In this document: piece by piece, positions 1 to 11,099 of the stretch
Numbering within the stretch: position 1 is the stretch's first letter
Layout of the letters: the number at the start of each line of letters is the position of its first letter
NCBI RefSeq assembly: GCF_902459465.1
Contig: NC_047074.1
Coordinates: 12,400,001-12,464,000 of the forward strand
Reading direction: 5' to 3'
DNA length: 64,000 nucleotides
DNA from: Asterias rubens
Taxonomy: Eukaryota
Notes under the pieces: model-generated
Databases searched by the model: none
The model's input: the letters and a program-made list of their open reading frames with translations, nothing else
What the model was told of the DNA's origin: nothing
Program-made: the position numbers and the translations under genes

Positions 1-40
1 TTGTGAAATCCACCCCAGGTAAATTGGGTCAAATTCTTAC

Positions 41-1348
41 CTTGTTTGGGTTGATGTGGCTGGTCCTTGCAGTGCCATACTACAGGAAAAATAAAAAGGA
101 AAACAAATAATTGGTATAAGTTACAGGCTTGGAATTTCATCTGCTAAGGGAGTTGAGCCCATAACTTTGTAATTGGGAGTCTCCAGCTTTATACTAGTTG
201 CGATAACGTAAACCTCCTCCCGACGGCCGCCAGGCCGGAGGGTTACGAGATCGGTTTGAGCGGCAACTGACAATCTGGTCCAACACGTACAATTTCGACA
301 GCCAGTCACCAGATTTGCCCTATTTTTACCACGTATTTGACCAGATTGTAACTTGCCGCTCGAACCGATCTCGTAACCCTCCGGCCGTCGGGAGGAGGGT
401 TACGTTATCGCAACTAGCTTTATACATACCTCATCTTGACATGTGGGTAGGTTGTTGAATATGAAACCTTGCTTTACGTTTGTAGCCGTCAGCTCGTCCT
501 ACAAAATAAAAAATAACAAAACAAAACTTTGGAAATCATTGCTACATTTTTACAACAGAAATGCTATAAATAAAACAGTTGAATTTCCTAATACAACTAT
601 TTACAATGAAAATAAATAAGGGTAGATAGGTAGGTCAAAATTGTGTACAAGCTATTTATGAAATGGTGTGTAAAACTTTCTGCATCTTGCCACCACTTTT
701 TCACTCATTTTTATCAACAGGATTATAATTTCATTTGAGTAAATGTTATACTATTTTATTTCATAATGAAGTAACAAGTGGTGGCAGGATCTAATACAAT
801 TGCACCACTACACTCTCCTATCCTGCCTAGTCCTCTAATTCTAACTAAATTCTAAAAAGAAGAAGAAAAAAAGCCACACACAAACACACGTCACAAGAAC
901 TCCGACCGAGTCGGATTGTTTACTTATTATGGTTTAACTTTTAAAAATAGCCCCTTTAAATTAAATCTCTTTTAAATAATGCCTTCTAAACATCTTAAAT
1001 AAGTGGGATCCAATAAGTGACAAAGTAGACTTTAATTTCACACAAGAATGACTAAATATAAACCCAAGTTAAAAAGGCATTGTCATTTGATTGACCAATA
1101 AATATAATACAACAATGCAAAGATGACATTGAAAATCTCAAAAGAGGAAAAATCTTTAAAACCAACCACCGTTTTGTATCCCAAATATCTCCCTATAATA
1201 TCCAAAATGTCAATTTATATGAAACAGGATATATATCTAATATATCAATACTCACTTCCTTCTGTTTTGCTTCCTGTGGGTAGACATCTGGGGCCCCTAA
1301 TCTCGGTCTTTTCAGAGGACGGTTTGCATGATGGACGAAAGCCGCCAT
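41..1348 (-). CDS. MED12: Mediator subunit 12, 5' end (first three coding exons; gene continues beyond coordinate 1)
   Basis: Exons 1256-1348, 430-498, 41-79, all phase 0 with GT/AG ends, give [31 protein letters not shown]|[23 protein letters not shown]|[13 protein letters not shown], matching the MED12 N-terminus ([29 protein letters not shown]). Confidence 0.93.
194..417. mobile_element. Palindromic MITE with long TIRs in MED12 intron 2
   Basis: CTAGTTGCGATAACG...CGTTATCGCAACTAG, arms about 100 bp, flanked by direct repeat CTTTATA. Confidence 0.8.
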
Positions 1349-1480
1349 GTTGACGGATTCCTCGCCCCCTCTGTAAATCAAACAGCCGAGTTGTTTACGA
1401 GATAATGAATTATTCGAAATGCTGCCACCAACCGATCAAATTTTTACAGTCGCGAATGGCGCAGCTGCAGGAAGCAGAAG
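1349..1480. promoter_or_regulatory. Compact bidirectional promoter MED12/MARS2 and putative non-coding first exon of MARS2
   Basis: MED12 ATG at 1348 (minus); plus-strand donor AAG|gtaaaa at 1480/1481 and acceptor tttcacag at 2267 upstream of the MARS2 ATG; YY1-type motif CCGCCATGTT at 1342-1351 overlaps the MED12 start codon. Confidence 0.6.
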
Positions 1481-2326
1481 GTAAAAATTAAAAATTTCGT
1501 CAAGAGTTTATTTTAAATTAACACTGAATTCTCCTGTTTTTTGCTCGAACCCAAAACTGTGTCTATATATTGTTTGTAATGTAATGTTCAGTGCGTGTTT
1601 GCAACTCTGTTGAATAAAGCATTCAGTGCCAATAACCAAATCATTTGAGGCAAACAATTTTGATAAACTGAAATTCTTTAGCAGACGACAAAATCACTAA
1701 TCATATCAGGTGTGTAGACTGTATAGCAGTAGCCCCGGTAGGACGTCAGTCAGTCCAACCTGGGCTAAGATAGTAGTAGTGTAGTGAAGTTCGGTGTTTT
1801 TATGATAATTACTGGAGAGTTAAGTGGGAAGTGTTCACAAACTCAGTACCAATATTATGAAATATGAATTAAAGGAAAGTTTTGATTACACGTTTTTCAC
1901 ATTTTTGCGCAGATTCATTCTGAAATCCGAGTCTTTTTTGTTGAGTTGAGAACTTTCCTGATAAGTGAGTGATATATTTTTTGTATAGACATGCTAGAGT
2001 GATCTTCATAACAACAGTCAACAGTTGTTTCTGAAGGGAAAAGTACATAGAAACAACTTAACTCTTTCTCGTTTAAGTTTTTAAAAGAGCTTGTTATTTT
2101 ATTATTTAGTCATCTTAAATGTCTTAACATTGGCTTCTCTTACATTAATTTAATTAAATAATGACTTACTGTTGAATGAAGACATGTTATTTAGATTAAT
2201 AAATAACAATTGTTATCATTCATCGTAAAATGTCAGCTATTTTAGTTGTACCATTTCTATTTCACAGTATCTTGCATCTCACCAGCTCCCTGGAACAGAC
2301 TTTGCAGTAATTAAAACCTATGTGCA

Positions 2327-5300
2327 ATGTCCATGGGGGCGTTGCGGTTGTTGACGTTGGGGCAAATCTGCACAGCGTCAGTCTCCAGACACGGCAGATT
2401 CAGCGGATGGTCATCACTGAATGTCAGAGCTCTCGGATCAAGCAATGTCCATAGAAACGACTTTCTGACAACTCCCATCTTTTATGTCAATGCAGGTAAA
2501 ATCAGGCCATATCCGAATTGGTGGCTATAGATAGCTATGGCTACGACTGTTGTGAAGGGTTTTGCTAGGGACGACCTATATACTTCAAGAAACGATGACA
2601 CAGAAATCTAGCTGTAGCTGTAGCCACCATTTCAGACAAGGCCTAAATGTAACTGAAGTGTCCAATTTACTAGAAATCCCAGCCCGTCCTCAGAACAACC
2701 CATTCCCCGATACTCCATCCCTAATCCCATTCCCCGATACTCCATCCCTAATCCCATTCCCCGATACCCCATCCCATTCCCCGATACTCCATCCCTAATC
2801 CCATTCCCCGATACCCCATCCCTAATCCCATTCCCCGATACTCCATCCCTAATCCCATTCCCCGATACTCCATCCCTAATCCCATTCCCCGATACTCCAT
2901 CCCTAATCCCATTCCCCGATACTCCATCCCTAATCCCATTCCCCGATACTCCATCCCTAATCCCATTCCCCAATACTCCATCCCTAATCCTTTAAGACTC
3001 TCTTCTTATCACCCAGTTCCTCACATTGGGCATCTCTACTCCGCCTTAATCGCAGACTGCGCTCACAGATGGCAGCGGATATCTGGAGCGGAAGGGACAA
3101 TTTTCTCGACGGGAACGGATGAGCACGGTCTGAAGGTTCAACAGGCTGCTTCCCTCGCCGGGAAAGAACCTTTGGAGTTCTGTGACGAAGTCTCGCAAGA
3201 ATTTAGAGTGAGATTTGTTGTTATTTTGAATTTGATGGGATACATGCTTGCCTGGAATTCCTGGCCTCTGCTGCCGTGGTCTTGGCTTTGGCTTTGGCTT
3301 TCCACGACTATAAGAACGTCTAATGGAAGTGCGCTATGCAAATGGAAAAAACCCTTGCCCTTTTTATCGGAGGGTACATGTAAACCATCAGTAATTACTC
3401 CGAAAAATTAATGACCTTAAAATTATACTTGGTAAAGAGGACTGGAAAGCTGTTGATATTATAAAACATTGTTAGAAACAACACCCATTGAAGTCATACG
3501 ATTTTAGAGAAAGAGGAAATTTTTCCCACACACAAAATTTAATCTGAGAAAAGCTTGGTTTTTATGCTTTTATAATTTAAATTGTTCCCCCTTTTTACCC
3601 AGCGGCTCTTCGATACCAGCAACATACAGTACACAGACTACATCCGAACAACAGAAAAGCGACACCACAATGCTGTGGACACATTCTGGGTAAGAAATTT
3701 CGATTTTGTGAACCTCTGAGCATTAGTTATTTCATCTAGTCGATCCCATAACATAGGATGCGTTCGATTAGCTTTCCTGGGTCGACCCCGGTCTGCCCCT
3801 GGTACGTTAGAATAGCTTTGAAGTCATTCCAGGGGCTCACCCCAAGTGCCCTGCTTGTGGAGTGGGTCACTTGGGGCTGGCCCTAGGTGCATGACACCAC
3901 CACTAGAGGGCGAGTGATCGTTCGATTAGCTCTTGTCAGGGGCTCACCCGAATGAGCACCGCGATGCCAACCTAGGGAAGCTTAACGAAAGCACCCTTAA
4001 TAACACTTCGTTTCATCACATCTGACTTTCCTGCAGACCACGCTGCAAGACAATGGCTTCATCTACAAAGGGGAATACGAAGGCTGGTACTCAACGTCAG
4101 ATGAGACATTCCTCAGCTCACAGCAGGTGGAGGATGGTATCGGCAAAGATGGTTCAAAGGTCAAGGTGGGTCTTCATGTTTCCTCCGAGGCAAAGAGAAG
4201 AAATTATTTCACGAAGGAGTTGAGGGATCAGTCTCAATGTTCAGAGAGTGTTTTCTGTTTATCTTTTGCTTGTCTCTCAAAAACAAACAGAACACACTTC
4301 TGGAACGTTATTATTACAATATTTTCTCAAAAGCATTTAGTAATAAAGACCCTGTTTGTGTAGTTTTTGGTTATCATGCCTATAATCAAGGCAAGCCAAA
4401 AAGCAGAGGGACAATGTAGTTTGTTTTTTACCCTAACCTTAACACTGATGTGTAAAGCACTGTATACTTTCCCGAGGGAGTTCTAAAAAATTAATTCACA
4501 GGCAAATCAATCGGATGGGATTCGAACCCCAACCTTTGCATTGCTAGAGCAGATGTCTTAGGACTACACCACAGTGCTGGCCTGGTGGCTAGACACTAGA
4601 GGCAGTTCATATCCAGAGAGCCTATAGAGGACAGCACTTATCGTTATCGATCGCCATATTTGATGAAAAACAATGGAAAGGTGCACACATTATCGTGGCG
4701 CACAAGTCTCAGCCAATGATAGCCTTGCACGTGTGCACATTTCTTCAAGTTTGGCGGTCGATGACGCTTAGTGCAATCCGCCTATAGTCAGAGTCTCTCT
4801 TCTCATTCCTATAAACCTAAACAGGTCTCAGTGGAAACTGGGAATCCAGTGGAATGGACTTCAGAGACCAATTACATGTTCAAACTCAGTGACTTCTCAA
4901 CCAGGCTCCTGGAATGGCTGGACAAGAACCCTAGAGGTAAGAGATTCGATCCTTGCCCTCGATCAAAAAAATATGTGTGAACTATATTAGACATTAATCT
5001 TATTTTAGAAAACAGAAATAGCTGTTGCAAACTGCTAACCAACCAAGAGCTATGGTGCTTAACAAGAGCTATGGTGCTTTGAAATTAAGACTCGATTGCT
5101 TTCCACTAAACTATCAGGGCCCAATTTCGTGGCTCTGCTCATCGCCAAATGCTGCGTTTACGATCACCAATTCCGCTTACTGTGCAAGCGCCGAATTACT
5201 GCGCTAGCATTGTAAACAAAAAATGTGGAGTACGCATGCGCAGACGCAAACATTTCCTGCTAACCTGTGAAATACGCTTGACGTAAGCGTGAAATTCCCT

Positions 5301-8300
5301 GCTTCTGTAAGCGCCGATACTTTGCGTATGGTAAGCAAAGCCATGGAATTGGGGCCTGTACATGTTCCGTTGTGAATGACATTCCGTAATCCTTTACTCT
5401 CTTCCTTAGCGGTGTATCCACCAAAGTTTCACAACATGGTACGTCAGTGGGTACAAGATGGCCTGCAAGATCTTTCTGTCTCAAGACAGCGAGACAGATT
5501 ACAGTGGGGAATCCCCGTCCCTGGTGACTCATCTCAAACAGTAAGACAGTTTTCTTTTTTTATTTCAGAATGCATTTATGAGCAATGGAGAGCTGTTGAT
5601 AGTATAAAACATTGTGAGAAATGGCTACCTCTGAAGTAACAGAGTTTTTGAGAAAGAAGTAATTTCTCACTGAAATATTTGAATTGGGAGGTCTCGAAAT
5701 CAAGCATCTGAAAGCATACCACTTGTGCGACATGGGTGTTTTTTCTTTCATTGTCATAGGTTCGTTATTTTATACATATGTTGAGATACACCAAGTGAGA
5801 ACACTGGTCTTGGATAATTACCAAAGATGTCCAGTGTATTTAAGCAGCTCTATGAAAATTTGCCCTGGTATGTCTGTCGCCACTTAAAGGTCTCCCAGTC
5901 TTACCAGTCAGTGAAAGATGTTTTGCCGATGTTTCCTACTTGACTATAATGTCCACTTTAATGTTTCCAGATTTATGTGTGGCTGGACGCCTTGGTCAAC
6001 TACCTGACCGTGAGTGGATTCCCTGGTCAAACAAAACTATGGCCAGCAACACACATCGTTGGAAAAGACATCCTGAAGTAAGAAACAAGAAATTTGTATA
6101 GAGTTATTGTTTTCTTTGATTTATTGATTGCATCAGCCAGTCAGATACCTCAATTGTATTTACTAAGTTTCTTTTATTTGTCAACAACTCCAACAACGTT
6201 TACTTTTCCAAGTTCCTTCCATGTCTTAAGTTTGGATTGTCAAATGATTTAAAAAACACTGAGTATACAATACATTAATGTCATCCATCTTTCGTTTTTC
6301 AACAACACTTAGGAAACATGTCATAGAATTATTTCTTAGTTAGTTGTATTGGTAAAATGTTTTACCTTGCGATGTTATGACGAACTGTTGAGGGGGGGGA
6401 CTTACTTTTGTTGATGTGTTTAGTAACCAGTTACTTTTATGTGCTTGGCAAAATGTTATGCTTACAGGCTCTATGAAATTAAGCCCAGATACATGGGAGG
6501 GAAAAACAAGCCTTAAAGCCATTGGACCCTTTCGGTAAACAGTGTTGTCCAAGGCCCACACTTTGTGTACCACAACTTCTATATCAAATAACAAACCTGT
6601 GAAAATTTAGGCTCAATCGGTCATCGGAGTCGGGAGAAAACAACGGAAAATCCCACCCTTGTTTCCGCGCGTTTCGCCGTGTCATGACATGTGTTTAAAA
6701 TAAATCCGTAATTCTCGTTGAGAATTTATATTGTTTTGCTGTTTTCACAAAAAGTAAAGCATTTCATGGAATAATATTTCAAGAGAAGTCTTTCACCATT
6801 GCCTTCTGTAAACCCTGTAAGTTATTTGTAAATCTGTGAACTTTTTTTTTTTTTTCTGAACCGAAAGAGTCCAATGGCTTTAAATGCATTTCTTTGATCT
6901 TGTGACAATTTGTTTTATTACTTGTTTCAGGTTCCATGCAATCTACTGGCCTGCGTTTTTAATGGCTGCTGGTTTGTCTCCTCCTAAATCCATAGTCTGC
7001 CATTCTCACTGGACCATGGGAAACTTCAAGGTAATGGGGTGGCATGGTTGGCTTGTGCGTAAAGCGCTCGCTCGCCTCTCACCAAGATGACCCAGGTTCG
7101 ATTCCCGGCCAGGGCCATATGTGAGTTGAGTTGTGCGTTGGTTCTCTGCTGTGCCACAAGGGTTTTCCAGACCATCCGGTTTTCCTCCCTCGGGAAAAAT
7201 CAAACACTTTCGATCTTGGCTGTGCTCCGTGGTCATAATGGGTTGATGTGGCTGGCAGCTAAAGGCGCCCTTGAAGCCTGCTTCTCGAACACGTGGTAGC
7301 CGTGTCTTTCGCAATTCAGCTCTTAGCTGCGAGTAAGGATGATTAGCCCCCAAACTGTTGTAATAAAGTCAGGCATAATATTCATCCTTTGGTGTCCGAA
7401 TTTGTTTTGCCCTTCGAAAAATCAGAAAAAAACTGTGATGAAAAGCCTGAAAAGTGTCTTCCAGCCAACTCATATACAACATTACTTGTTCTACCGCAAT
7501 CATTGTGAAGTCAGCAGTAAGCTTGGCCAGATTGGAACCCACAACCCTGTGATTACAAGTACTGCAGTCTAACCACTCGGCCCAGTGACAACATAGCATA
7601 AAGTTTGATTTTTAGTGGGTTTTTTTTCATTTGAATCATAAAACAACCAAAAAGCTGACACTAACAAATATATTTTGAGTCTTAAAATTAACAAAAACAA
7701 GTTTAAAAACAGTACATCAATACACATTTACTGTGAAAACTATCTGGTGAGTCTGCTGCCCTCAATGTCCCTCACTGTAAAAACCATTCACTTAGCTTAT
7801 AAGTCTTAGTCCGTGTCCAAACCGGCGACTTCAGCTACAGCTAGATCAGCACGTCTGCCAGTGTTAGAGATTATGACACCCCTTACAAATATTCTGCCTG
7901 TTCATTGGTTTAGAGCGCGTCACATAACGTGTCTTAATTTTGCTAGACGACGGCCGTGTGATAGTGCATTGGTTTGCCGTGTGATAGTGCATCGGTTTGC
8001 CGTGCGCTAGTCCGAAGACTATCACACAGCGTGCAGTACCCAGACGTCCGTTACGTGTACGAGGATGATAAATTAATAGTCTGTAAACATTTCTGATTAC
8101 ATGACACTACATGCAGCACAGTGAAAGGATTGTAGCATTCAGGTCTGTAACTTAATAGTACAGTATTTAGACATGTTTGGGGCGTTATAAAACAAATATT
8201 GACTGCTTTTACTCGTGCAATGGTTTAAACTATGACTTCCTCAGTGATCCCCGGAGCATTCCATTTTCCCTCGGCTTCGCCTCGGGAAAATAGAACGCTC

Positions 8301-11099
8301 CGGGGATCGCCTCGGGAGTCATAGTTTTAACCATAGCACTCGAAGCAGTCAATATTTGTATAATAGGCAGACGTGTGCGATCTAGCCATAGCTGTAGCCA
8401 AAGTCACTGTTTCAGATGCGGCCTTAGGGAGTATCTGACCTTTCTGTTTTACCGACTCCTTTGTTCTCAGATGTCAAAGAGTAGAGGTAACGTGGTGGAT
8501 CCCTTTGAACGACTCAAGACCTACACCCCTGATGGTCTTCGGTTCTTCCTCCTTAGGGAAGGAGTCCTACATTCAGATGGGGGTGAGTCGAAGGAGGATG
8601 GTAGATTTACATTCTGTAGAAATTATCACAGTTTATAGTAACCTTTTTGTATCTGAGATACTTTCTCTGAAATGAATACAGAAAATGAAAATGTTATAAC
8701 CCAGTTAAAGGCACTGGACATCGTTGGAAGTTACACAAAATAATTGTTAGCATAAAAACTTACTTGGTATCAAGCAATGGAGAGCTGTTATGTAGTATAC
8801 AACATTGTGAGAAACAGCTTTTTCAAGTTTTTGAGAAAGAAGCATTTTCTTGCTAAAATACTTGACTTGAATAAGAGACCTCAGCTGAGGTCTCAAAATT
8901 TTGGCATCTGAAAGCACACAACTTGTGCGACAAGGGTGTTTTTTCTTCCATTATTCTCTCGCAACTTCGACAACCAATTGAGTTCAAATTGTCACAGGTT
9001 TGTTATTCTATGCATATGTTGAGATACACCAAGTGAGAAGACTGGTCTTTGACAATTACCAATAGTGTCCAGTGCCTCTAAGGATTGGGTTATACTTCTA
9101 GTGACCACTCGCATGCTAGGAGGGCATCACATGAAAGTCAGAAGTGGAGAAACTTGAAATACATTCTTCAAATTTCTGATTGTTTGCATTCAACATTTTA
9201 AAACCACCTTAGGCTGGCGTTTCGACCCAAGCAGAGTCTTTCTTAAAGGTTAGCAATTCATTTTAGCCTTCAAGAAAGAATTTGCCAAGACACACGCCGA
9301 ATGTCACCGAGGACATTATTTTGTTTTGCACTTATACCTTTTGGTTTTGGGTAAGACGTTTGCTGCAGCTTATTCTGTTCTCCCAGGTAGCTTGGAAGTA
9401 ACTTTTATTCTGTTGATTTTCACAGACTACACAGACGAGAAAATTCTGAAACTTCTGAACTCGGAGCTAGCGGATACATTTGGTAATCTGTTGTCAAGGG
9501 TGACAGGCAAAGCCTTAAACCCTTTCCAAGTTTTTCCAAAATGCCATGCTGAGCTATTCCCATGGCAACAGTCAAGCCAGCTTGCATCAGGAAGAGCAAC
9601 TGCGGAGGACTATGCTTTGGTTTCAGCCGTTTCATTATTACCAGGTGAGGGTTTTATGATTCCTGTCCCCCAAAAATTAAAGTTTAATAAGAGAATCAAT
9701 GTGTGGTGAAGAGGTTTTCAACTAGTGGTTTAATCCCAATGAGGCCTGGTTTCTGATAATTTTACCAAGATGAAGTTGAGGTAAATTATCAAGAACCAGG
9801 CCTCGGCGAGTTTAAACCACTAGTTGAAAACCGATTCAACACACTTTGATTCCCATTTATAAATACCTGTTCGGTCTAAAACATCAACACTTTGTGGTCA
9901 AAAAGAAAAATAAATGCAAAAATTATAATTGTTCAATGATTTCTTTCAACACAACACCCCTCCAGCTATGAAATGGTAAAGCCCTCTGCTGCCCTCGGTT
10001 AAACAACTCAAGGCGATATGAATTTTGTCGTCACACATTTGCAACGAATAAGTTGCATCAGTTAACATTCACTGCGAAAAAGCCACGTGACGTCAAAATT
10101 CGATTCGCATTCAAATAAGCAGGAAGTATGAACTGGGCTTTACATTTTGCTTGATAGAGACAAATGGGCACAATTCATCAAGTCATCCTGCTAGAGAAAT
10201 AAATGAATAAAACAAAATTCATATTCTTGGCAACAAAAATCAAACTTACCTTTGACAACGGGATGGGGAGAGCTGTGCAAGTGGGCACACCTGATGACAA
10301 AACAGTTGCTGGCAGTGTGAGCACTTTATGTAATCCACCATATACATAAACTGACAAACCTGTAGAAGTTTGAGATTGATCTGCCATCTGGGTCACGGGA
10401 AAATAGTGAAAAACCGATTACACATTTTGCATGACATCGATGGAAGAAAAAAAATGAATAAAACACTCACTGAGCTATAAACTCCAAACGCGAAATTAGA
10501 TTATTTTATTCTCACCAAATATGACATTTCAGTCATAAATATTTCAAGGGATGTTTCTACTATCATCTTCATTAGACCGTGTAAGTTTGATGTAAATCTG
10601 TGATCTTCACGATTATTATTTTTTACCAACTCTGTAACGTTCCTTTAAGATTAACGAAAGATAATTACTGTCAACGTACTCGATTATGCTCTCATATAGG
10701 CCTTGTTATTATGAATTTCCAGATTCAGTGGATTCTCACTACAACAACTTTGAAGCCTACAAGTCGCTCGACGAGATCATGTCATGCCTGAGGCAAGCCA
10801 ACGCCTTCATTCAACGACACGAACCCTGGTACCTCATCAAGGATAAGGATCAAGAACCCTGGCTGGAAACTGTCCTCTATGTTGCCATGGAAACACTTCG
10901 GATTTGTGGGATACTCATGCAGCCAGTAATACCAGAAATGGCCAAAAGGCTGCTATGCAGACTTGGTGTTGAGGAAAGCGACAGGACTTTGAAGGACTTG
11001 GAATGTTTTCAAGGAATGCAGCGAGTTATTGAAAGTAGACCTCTTGGAGAAGACACAGGGGTGTTATTTTCACGACTTCAGTTTAAAAACCGGAGATGA
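2327..11099 (+). CDS. MARS2: Mitochondrial methionyl-tRNA synthetase, 11 coding exons, 577 aa
   Basis: Exons 2327-2495, 3017-3207, 3603-3689, 4037-4165, 4825-4936, 5410-5540, 5971-6077, 6931-7030, 8471-8582, 9426-9644, 10723-11099 (1734 nt, phases consistent). Motifs [50 protein letters not shown]; Arg/Ser-rich N-terminal presequence. Confidence 0.96.
2505..2643. mobile_element. Tourist/Harbinger-like MITE (GGCCGTGTCCGAA family)
   Basis: Degenerate TIRs with GCTACAGCTA motifs; relatives at 7810-8425, 54095-54354, 59271-59410. Confidence 0.65.
2699..2990. repeat. 27-bp minisatellite, about 11 copies, MARS2 intron 1
   Basis: Unit CCCATTCCCCGATACTCCATCCCTAAT; source of the spurious [18 protein letters not shown] ORFs. 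Confidence 0.95.
3757..3996. mobile_element. MITE with imperfect TIRs
   Basis: GGATGCGTTCGATTAGCTT ... AAGCTTAACGAAAGCACCC. Confidence 0.55.
4430..4615 (-). mobile_element. tRNA-derived SINE, diverged copy of the family arrayed at 44.4-45.1 kb
   Basis: Reverse B-box GGGATTCGAACCC, shared head (ctagaggcagttc) and tail (cactgtatact..tcacaggca). Confidence 0.75.
5118..5356. mobile_element. PIF/Harbinger-like MITE (GGCCCAATTTCAT TIR family)
   Basis: TIR GGCCCAATTTC; family members at 34939-35139, 39848-40096, 47086-47692, 53144-53424. Confidence 0.7.
6517..6879. mobile_element. TTAA-flanked non-autonomous DNA transposon (Kolobok-like), family C
   Basis: TTAA|AGCCATTGGAC...GTCCAATGGCT|TTAA. Confidence 0.8.
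7038..7370 (+). mobile_element. tRNA-derived SINE with conserved central domain (Meta/V-like)
   Basis: B-box GGTTCGATTCCC followed by GAGTTGAGTT..GGTTCTCT...GGGTTTT...CCGGTTTTCCTCCC; domain assignment from memory. Confidence 0.6.
8187..8365. mobile_element. Foldback/palindromic element centred on GGCTTCGCC
   Basis: ACAAATATTGACTGCTT...AAGCAGTCAATATTTGT with nested inverted arms. Confidence 0.75.
8709..9077 (+). mobile_element. TTAA-flanked Kolobok-like MITE, family A (about 375 bp)
   Basis: TIR AGGCA(G/C)TGGACAC(TATTGGTAAT); internal palindrome GATTTCGAGACCTC...GAGGTCTCGAAATC in the family consensus. Confidence 0.8.
9700..9843. mobile_element. Foldback/palindromic element
   Basis: GGTTTTCAACTAGTGGTTTAA...TTAAACCACTAGTTGAAAACC. 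Confidence 0.7.

Noticed and set aside
2632-2981. Repetitive ORFs GNGIRDGVS / MEYRGMGLG
   Set aside because: Translations of the 27-bp minisatellite.
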